A DNA stretch of 60,326 bases, counting the filler, from Sphacelaria rigidula (taxonomy: Eukaryota), in the NCBI GenBank assembly GCA_964200075.2. It is 6 parts of 6 records of this genome, joined end to end, with 100 filler letters (N's around TTAATTAATTAA, not from the genome) between each part and the next. Parts side by side here need not be neighbours in the genome. Positions count along the whole stretch, not along the records: positions 50,357 to 60,326 come from CAXNAA020007390.1; 5 more parts are not named here. One strand, given 5' to 3'. Of the stretch, positions 52,493-60,326 are shown piece after piece. The notes under the pieces were generated by a model, which was given only the letters and a program-made list of their open reading frames with translations, was not told the origin of the DNA and searched no databases. Every line of letters starts with the position of its first letter. Positions within the stretch are counted from its first letter, which is position 1. Both the position numbers and the translations under genes were made by a program.

Positions 52493-53016
52493 CAGTATCG
52501 AATCTGAGGTACCTCAAGTTTAAAGTAGGTTCTTTGGTAATTTCTTCGCTGTTGGCCATTTTCTTAGGTTCTTTCGCTTGCCACCGCTCATCGCATCGGG
52601 GATCTCAAGATACTAGTATCTGCTCCACATTCCAAGAAGAAAAAAACATCTGTATACAACATGGAGTGACGTACGGGTTGACGGGCCATCGGGGGTCCTT
52701 CCATTTTTCAGCCCCAGATTCTGACTCTTTGGTGTTCTCGGTCGATCGAGCATGTCCAGATTGTATTTGTGAAGAAATGAAAGCGCTTTTTTTTTTCCCC
52801 CCCAATTTAACCTACTCATTGCACTACAGCCAAAAAACTGTGCTCCACGCTCAAAAACATCCTCCTGATTAACGGAGTATCTACTCGTATCGCCTGATAA
52901 CCCCAACACCAACTTGGGCAATTGCTAGCACTTTCGAGTTCTATCGAAGAGTAGTACTGTACGTCAGAAAATACCCAAAACAACCGAAGCTTCTTCGGAC
53001 TTGAGGTACTATACTG
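52493..53016. mobile_element. Related TIR element in opposite orientation
   Basis: TIR CAGTAT...GTACCTCAAGT / ACTTGAGGTACTATACTG; body is the reverse complement of the neighbouring element. Confidence 0.7.
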
Positions 53017-54087
53017 TTTCAAGGTTGTCCTTCGTAGGGTATACCCCGATAGTGGGGAATTTTTTATTTTGCGTACCAAACCATGCCGGTATGTATACCA
53101 AGCATTCCAAGTGCAGGTCGGGGTAGGGTATACCCGATACTTCGAATAATTTGGGGACGTCGAGATCCGACCCATGACCACAGCAGCAGCCAACCCAGTG
53201 CTGTTGTTCCCCTCTCTGAAGCCCATACGAGTCATTGTGGCGGGCTTAGGTGATGTGAGAATTATCAAAATACCACAATATCGGGTATACCCTTCCCGAC
53301 ACGCGCGTGGAACATTCGAACATTCTGGTATGGTTCGGAACGGTACTTGCTGGTAAAATATCCGGTTTTTTACCTCCCCTTTTTTCGTGTGGATTTTCTT
53401 GTTTCCCGCCTTCCTCCGCCAGCTGTTTGAGCCATGGGTATAGATGGTATGCTCCTTGCACTCGATGGATGGGGGTGTCTTAGCAGATCATTTTTCGATC
53501 GAAAAAGTGCGCCGGCAAAAAGGAAAATCCCGATCTGATAGGACGTCACTTTAACACACATACGACGTGGACTTGAATGGCGACTCATGGGGTCGGACTT
53601 TTCTTTTCCGCCCTACCTTTTCGATCAAGGATTAATTTGCTATGACACGGCCTCACAAGAACCAATCAATGTCCCGATCGATGTCCGATCTTACGGGAAC
53701 GCAACGGCACGTGGACCCTACAGTCACGGCGACCCTTTCGACCCGATCATCACGACCTGTAGAGCGACCTCAAGTGCCAACTCACCCCGAAACTGTGTAT
53801 GTAGACACACGTCCAGGATTGAGCGTGGCCTGTTCCGACCTTAGCGATTTGGGCACGGATTGTACCATACGCATCGTAAGTGTAGTATATACTTCCACAC
53901 TACAGTTAAGCACAGTGTTTTCGAGAGCTCCCACAACGTGCCTGGTTGATTCTGGGGTATGACATGAAGATAACATGAGGAAATTTATTGTTCTGGTCGC
54001 CAAGCCAAACCTCAGACGACAGATTAAATAAGCCTGCAGAACTGATGCTGACTGTACACCCACCCACACCCTCCAATACGCACACAC

Positions 54088-57000
54088 CTGTACATCCTCA
54101 TCCGTCTTGTCTTCAATAATCTCGACATCGCTCAGGTTCATCACGAGGGCCGTCAATCCCCCAGCATCGTAGAACTCCTCCAGCCAGCTCTTGGAAGCCG
54201 CGCGCAGCGTAAGCTGTGTGACGGAATAGGTTAAAATCGTCGTGTCGGAACAAATTTGGTACGTATGATGACCTTGTAAACCGCGAAGCAGTCGAGGCAA
54301 ATTCATGAATAAACGCCAACACATAGCTCTGTGTCATGACATATGACGCTTATACGCTTTTCACACGTCGGACAACTCATGAGTTACCTACCTAAAATAA
54401 CTACGAGCTGGGCCAGCTGACTGATTCTTGAATATTTTCGTGTCCAGCGGTGTGATACATCTCGACCTCTCCACACGTGGGGCAGCTCATGAGCTGCCTA
54501 AAAAAATAACGAGGCTATTTAATCGGCGTTGGGCTATAAATGTCTATGGTTGATGCCATTTTACAAGTATTGCTGCCCCTAACCCTAACCTCAACCCAAC
54601 GCATACCGAGAACCCTCGGACGAAGGTGGTCCATCGCATTCTCTCGGCAAAGTGCGGCCTTGGTAGACCCCGAATCGGCGTCTGTGGCGCCAATATCAAC
54701 AAAAACGCCTCCTACACACGCGAGGAGCACACGGAACTGCCAGCCCTTTTACAGACCCGATTTTCGTTGTACACACTGTTGTTGTTGTTGTTGTTGTTGT
54801 TGTTGTCGTCGTCGCTGTCCACATTAAAAACCGTTCCGATATCTGCGCGATACAATCGTAATGGGCATCTGATGCGGACGCCTTCCATGGTCACAGGCTA
54901 GCATAAAACCAAAAAATCAAAATAAACCCAGATTAAAACTCACGAAACGCGATACAAGCAAAACAGGGATAAATAATTAAGAAGAAAGAGGGTACATATG
55001 GCTAACCTCAGAAGATCCGGTGCCGCAGGTGGCCACTCGGACTTCAGGGGGTGGCACCCGGCTTTCCAACACTCAAATCATGTAATATCAACCATGAATA
55101 TTTGTAGCCCAACGCCGGTCAACTCTACTGAAACTAACTAATCGAAAAAGATTCTCAGATCCCTCCTCCAGAGACAAAAAGTACATGACAGCGGATCCGA
55201 GGAGCCAAAACGCTACCTTGGAGCTACTCCGCGTCCAGAGATGTGGGGAAAAGGGGCCAACTGAGCTAGCTAGCTCATGATCCAGATCAGTACACTAATA
55301 AGAAGTAGTACTCAGGTAGCTCATGACCTGTCCGACGTGTGAAACTCTTCAAGGCGGAGGGGTTGAACCACCGCGTTTGACTCCTCCCCCGCCCACCCTT
55401 TTTTATCTCATCCCATCTATTCCGGGCGCTGGTCTACACCTTTCGGTATATGTGGGCGCACCAGCCGGGGTCACAGAGGAGGAAGGCCAACACAGGAGCT
55501 TCATCTTTTTCATTTGTTTTTAGTACCCCACCTTCCTTCTGCGGTACTTGCCTTCACTTTTTTTCGCGAGAGGGGTTCGTCACTCCCTTTCCCTCGTCGA
55601 CCGTTCAGTAGAATTTTGTGTACCCACGACGTAGTCGATCTCCACTGTTGGGTATGTTGTGAGAAAAAATCCCAGATCGCTCCGAGATTTGAACTCCACA
55701 ACCCAACCGTCTGAACGTCCCGAGGTTACCAACTGAGCCACCGGGGCGACCGGCGATACGCATCTTTTACTGCAGGATCATGTTGCATCTTCAAATCACA
55801 CCACCTACACGGACTCCCTGCATCAACTCCCACCAAAAATGCGGATATTTTACTGGAGGAGCACGTTGCACCTTCAAATTTAGCAACATTCACCGACTCC
55901 CCGGAGAACAACCATAATAATGTACAGTATTTCGCAGTAGGTCAAAAGTTAAGAAGAAATAACTTCGACGAAAATATTTGCTTATTTTTTTCCTTTCCAT
56001 CGTTCAACTACCCCCTCACTACTTTTCGAGGCACGTTTCCCCCTCAATCTGTCGCAAAAAATCATGATGTGACACATGCTCATCTTCGAGGGACTCTGCC
56101 TCTATAAAATCTGACGCTTACTGAAGGCATATCGAGAACCCTAGGGTAGGGGACATGCCGAGGGTGACCTGAGCCTGAGGTACATTGGCCGGAGCTCAAA
56201 CCTGCGCCTGCGGCGCTAATCTTAGCAAAGCAGCGTGATGCGCGAACGTTGGTGTGCAGTTGGGACTGTCAGTCTCCCACAATATCCAAACATGACGATT
56301 TGATTTGATTGGTTGATTGTCGCACATCAAATGATCTAGCCTCAAATCAAGTAATTCGTGACACTCATGAGAAATAGCGACGGGTTGAAGGGAAAATATA
56401 CTCATGTTTTTCTGCCGTTGATGCTTCAAGTCAAAACCCTTAGATATTCGGTACTACGTGCGACGTGGAGACGCAGGGTACGATAGATTGATGACAGTCG
56501 CGCTGTGTACTCATCCGCTACAAAGGGCAGCAGGGATCAAACGGTATAAGTACTCGCGTGAAAGAGCAGCGATACTCTGCCATAAGCTAGCGAGAACCAA
56601 AAACGAGGGGGGGCGTACTCATTTGTTGCTTGCCTCGTTTCGGAACCGTATCATTAGCCAATCCCAAAACCGGTAACCCCGACGCTGTAGTTGACAACAA
56701 CGGCTCCTTTCTGTTCGCGAGTACCACCCCCACCAACCGATGACCACACACATACCATGTATTCCGGTGTCCTCGACCCCCCTTAACTTACGTTTTCCCA
56801 GCAGTCGATTCCCAATCTAGGGTTCATCCGAAGGTCAAAAGGGACGGTCTCGAGGTAGGGGTACACCGCTGAACTTGGAACCGGGGATTTTCATCACATG
56901 TTATCTCGGGCGTTCTCTTTCTCTTGTTCTTTACCCGCCATCTATTTGTACGACATCTCGTTTCTGTTCTTATATTTCTCCTCGTAAGGTTCAAAGTTTT

Positions 57001-59689
57001 AACCACAACGAACCACACGAACCGAACCTTGAGATCCTTGATTTCCTCCAAAGGTGGCCTGTGGATCTTGAGCAGCTGCTCGGCATAGTCTAAAGCTGTT
57101 GACGCCGCCTCGGCTGGCGCCGCCGCCGCTCTGCTCGCCGCGCGGCCCTGCGGTGCTGTCGGGGGGAGGGGGGGAACCAAATGGCGGCAGGACACGGGAA
57201 GGGAGCGGGATTTCAACTTCTTGTGTCCTTCTAGCGTATCCATCTATATCCGTTAACTAATTCCACCGATCCAACAGTATTTGAATTCACCTCGTGGCAG
57301 AAGGGAGGGAGCGAGTGCGTGGCTTGCCCTCTTTCCTTCTCTGAAAATCATGAGTTCTCGAGCCGAAAAGAACAACGAGGCATTGTATATATCTGACAAC
57401 ATTCGTGTTCTTCCCCATATCTCTCATCTCCATCTCTCGTGTCTTCATTTACTTCCTCTGTCCCAGAAGTAAAGGTACCTAAATTTGTACGGGCGCTTAA
57501 CGATGTCCGGGGTTTTTTTCATGAACTCTACGGTGTTTGGGTCAAGAAATGTGTTTTAAATTTGCAGCTCGTGCTTGAACCATGCCGCCGAACGGCTGCA
57601 AAAAAAGTAGGCGGGCCAAAAATGGCCGTTTTTTGCCCCTTTCCGAGGGAAAAAAAGTTTTTTTTTTTTTAAATCGCGTGGGACTTCCTGGCACGGCCGA
57701 CTACTTTTTTTGCAGTCGTTCGCCGGCATGGTTCAAGCACGAGTTGCAAATTTCAAACACATTTTCTCAACTCACAAAACATCGTAGAGTTCATTAAAAA
57801 AAGAAACGATCGGACATCGTTAAGGGCCCGTACAAATTTAGGTATATTTACTTATGGGACAGAGGAAGTATATCCTTATTTCCATCTATCTCCATTTCTT
57901 GCCTCCATCTCCATTTATCACCATCTCTTGCCTGTGTCTCCATCTCCACCTCTTTTCTTGTACAGTCAGCAAATCTGATCGATGCATTGATCAACTGTCA
58001 CACATTCATTGATCCACCACGAGTCATGATCCAGCCGTGGTCACAAGACAGACGTGCTCACGTGAAATAAATGGAACACTCATGTCTCACATTTGAAAAA
58101 TTATTATCGTCAAACTTCCAAACCCTCTACTATTGCTCGGGAAGAGTCCGAAATCTCAAGGGATATATCAACTCAAACCTCTCCCGCGGTACACGCCTTC
58201 TTGTATTTTAGTATCGCCGATTATTGGATCAGCACTCCCGTGCAGGCTCGACTTCCTCTTGTTGAAAAACACGTTTGTATAATATTATATATATGGTGCT
58301 CACGCCTCCACGTTCTAAACGATGGCGATCACATGAGGCACGTGTGTACGCGAACTGGTCCGACAAATTCCAAAGTTGAACATACTGTGTCTTCATATAT
58401 TTCATAACGCTGAACGTAACCCTCACCCCATACCCAAGGCGAACGGAGAACCCTCAGGCAACGGGGGTGCATTCGGTTGTCCGAGGCAATGTGTACCTTG
58501 GCGAAAGAGTCATTTCGGTGCCGAACGCGTCGATTTGAGCGAAAACGCCTGTCCAGCGCACGCTGACGGGCACACAGGACTGTTAGACCACTGTCAAATT
58601 CCAAATATGCCTCTTCACACTGAAACCGACCAGTCATTCAGCCGCGCAATTTGTCGACCAGTTCGATACCATGAATAAAAAAAAGTGGGAAAAAAAGGAA
58701 CATGTCCCGAGTGCAGCATGTTGAGCGATCCCCGCGCGCGTCCATGGTTGTGGCGACTAATAAAGATGCCGTTGGGCGCTTGTTCCTCTTCCCCACTTTG
58801 TTTTTTTTTCTTTGTCTCGATGAGACATAACCTATACTCTACTGAAATCCGAACGCAGGTGGGGGCAGTCAAGCGCAGAGCGAGTAAGCACAGCAAGCCG
58901 CGCGAGCGAGAAGGAGGGAATGCGATGGATCTCGCTGTGCGAACCCCAGTCGGCCTTCCCCGGCAGGCGAGGGGGGGGCGCTGAAGACACCGTCGGAGGC
59001 AGAACAATCGAAGCCATTTGACTTTATTTTTGATCAAAAGTGGCCCGACCTGCACCGCTAACCTGGGAATGTTGAACCTACTTTTCGATAAAATGTCAGC
59101 AGAAAATATAAATAAAGATAACTGTAGACCAAGTATGTTCGGATATTGCCACATGGATGCATCGCGAAACAAACACTTGATGATTGAGAATCTCCACGTA
59201 AAACATCCTATAATAGGTTTCCACTTGTGTGCTTGTCGAGTGCTTGCAGATAAAATAAAATAAAATCCTACAGTATGTACGATGGCATAATGCTCGAAAC
59301 AGCTGAAATGACACCTACCCTCACAGAAAAAGAAAAGGGAAAAAACCCAAATGCATTTCCTGGGATTCGAATCTCTTCATTCTTCCGCCCCAGACCGTTT
59401 TCACTTCGTACACCATTTCGAATTTGAATTAGCGCGACCCTCGCGGGTAGCATTCGTATTCACGGATAATTAGGCCGAAAGTTATGTCTCGCCCTCTACT
59501 CTTTCCCATTTCCTTCCTTTTCGCGCTGTCTCCCAGGTGGTCTTCCAATTTCTCTCACCCAGCGCACCCGTGGATCCCCGGCGATTCGCGGCGGTTCCCT
59601 TCGGCTTAGCGCGCTCAGTCTTGACGGTCTCCCACTTGTCCTCCACCGTCATATTGGCCAACGCGTCCCGTTGTTCGGCCTTGGACACG
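54088..59689 (-). CDS. Formin N-terminal GTPase-binding/FH3 region, partial (exons 59689-59568, 57147-57028, 54213-54088)
   Basis: AEQRDALANMTVEDKWETV and LEEIKDLK|LTLRAASKSWLEEFYDAGGLTALV match the diaphanous-related GBD pattern. Exons 2-3 join in phase. Exons 1-2 do not, so an intervening exon (possibly starting at 58980) is unresolved. Confidence 0.7.
54359..55344. mobile_element. ~1-kb TIR element
   Basis: TTTCACACGTCGGACA..TCATGAG.TACCT at the left end is inverted at 55314-55344; a degenerate internal direct copy lies at 54472-54500. Confidence 0.6.
55405..55754 (-). mobile_element. tRNA-derived SINE (same family)
   Basis: Reverse complement aligns over the full length with 4866-5194. 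Confidence 0.8.
57452..57868. mobile_element. Stowaway-like (Tc1/mariner) MITE, long foldback arms
   Basis: TA|CTTCCTCTGTCCCA ... TGGGACAGAGGAAG|TA, with arms of about 165 bp. Confidence 0.85.
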
Positions 59690-60326
59690 CTATATACAAG
59701 AAAACAGAAGGAAGCAAAAAAAAAGGCGAAATACATGCATGACACCATTTCGATATAAACCCCCTCATTCAACGAAATCGACAGGGCTCATGCATAGACT
59801 GCCCAGCGACTGAGATGTATCTATATATCCATACTAAACAGATGAACCTACGAAAACATACCGCAATGCGTGGAATGTTGACGCCCAGCTTGTCCCTCAT
59901 CAACTTTTTCGAGTATCGTCGTTATTTGATCTGTCGCCGGCCCCCCGCATGCGTTTTTTTTTTCACCTGTGTAGGCATAGGTATACACGTACGTGTATAC
60001 CATGACAGCTCTACAAACTCTGCAAAAATCACCGCGCCTAAAGACGCGATTCCGCATGAAGCAAGCACAGTAACGGCGCTTGCTACCGTAAAATATCGAT
60101 GCCTCGAGCATTCCGAGAGGCTGTTCGTACACAATACTGCCCCTCCTCCCTACATTTTTACTATCGCCCTTCCCAAGGCTAGAGTGGGGTCACGGACCCT
60201 CCATTCCTCCCCCGCAATCGCCAAGGCACTAAGGGGGGGGGGGGGGGGGGGGGGGGGGTACTTTTTTTTTGTTTGCTTTTGGGGTGGGCCCATTCACCCC
60301 CCCCCCCTTTCGAGCCGGGACAAACG

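Overview
Eukaryotic DNA, most likely from a brown alga (Phaeophyceae). That assignment is an inference from short GC-rich exons, kb-long repeat-filled introns and A/C-rich splice acceptors. The window is not one locus. It is six unrelated, size-sorted contigs of about 9.97 kb (1-9972, 10073-20043, 20144-30114, 30215-40185, 40286-50256, 50357-60326) joined by artificial 100-nt N/TTAATTAATTAA linkers. Contents: (1) six internal exons of MCM2 on the minus strand; (2) seven exons of a tandem CBM6-like carbohydrate-binding protein, minus; (3) a decayed Ty3/Gypsy element followed by a Ty1/Copia fragment; (4) six exons of UTP20, plus; (5) five exons of an EF-hand plus C2H2 zinc-finger protein, plus; (6) three exons of a formin GBD/FH3 region, minus. 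Introns are packed with tRNA-derived SINEs, MITEs and foldback elements. The three most interesting signals: a LINE family whose copies end at GTAC(G) followed by a C-run, with 13-14 bp TSDs that begin in C-runs (a possible G/C counterpart of L1 poly(A)/TTTT priming); a Gypsy integrase with a chromodomain plus a second Tudor/PWWP-like domain; and a TGT...ACA element with a 4-bp TSD whose termini are built from a tRNA-like SINE head. All calls were made by eye with no database searches.
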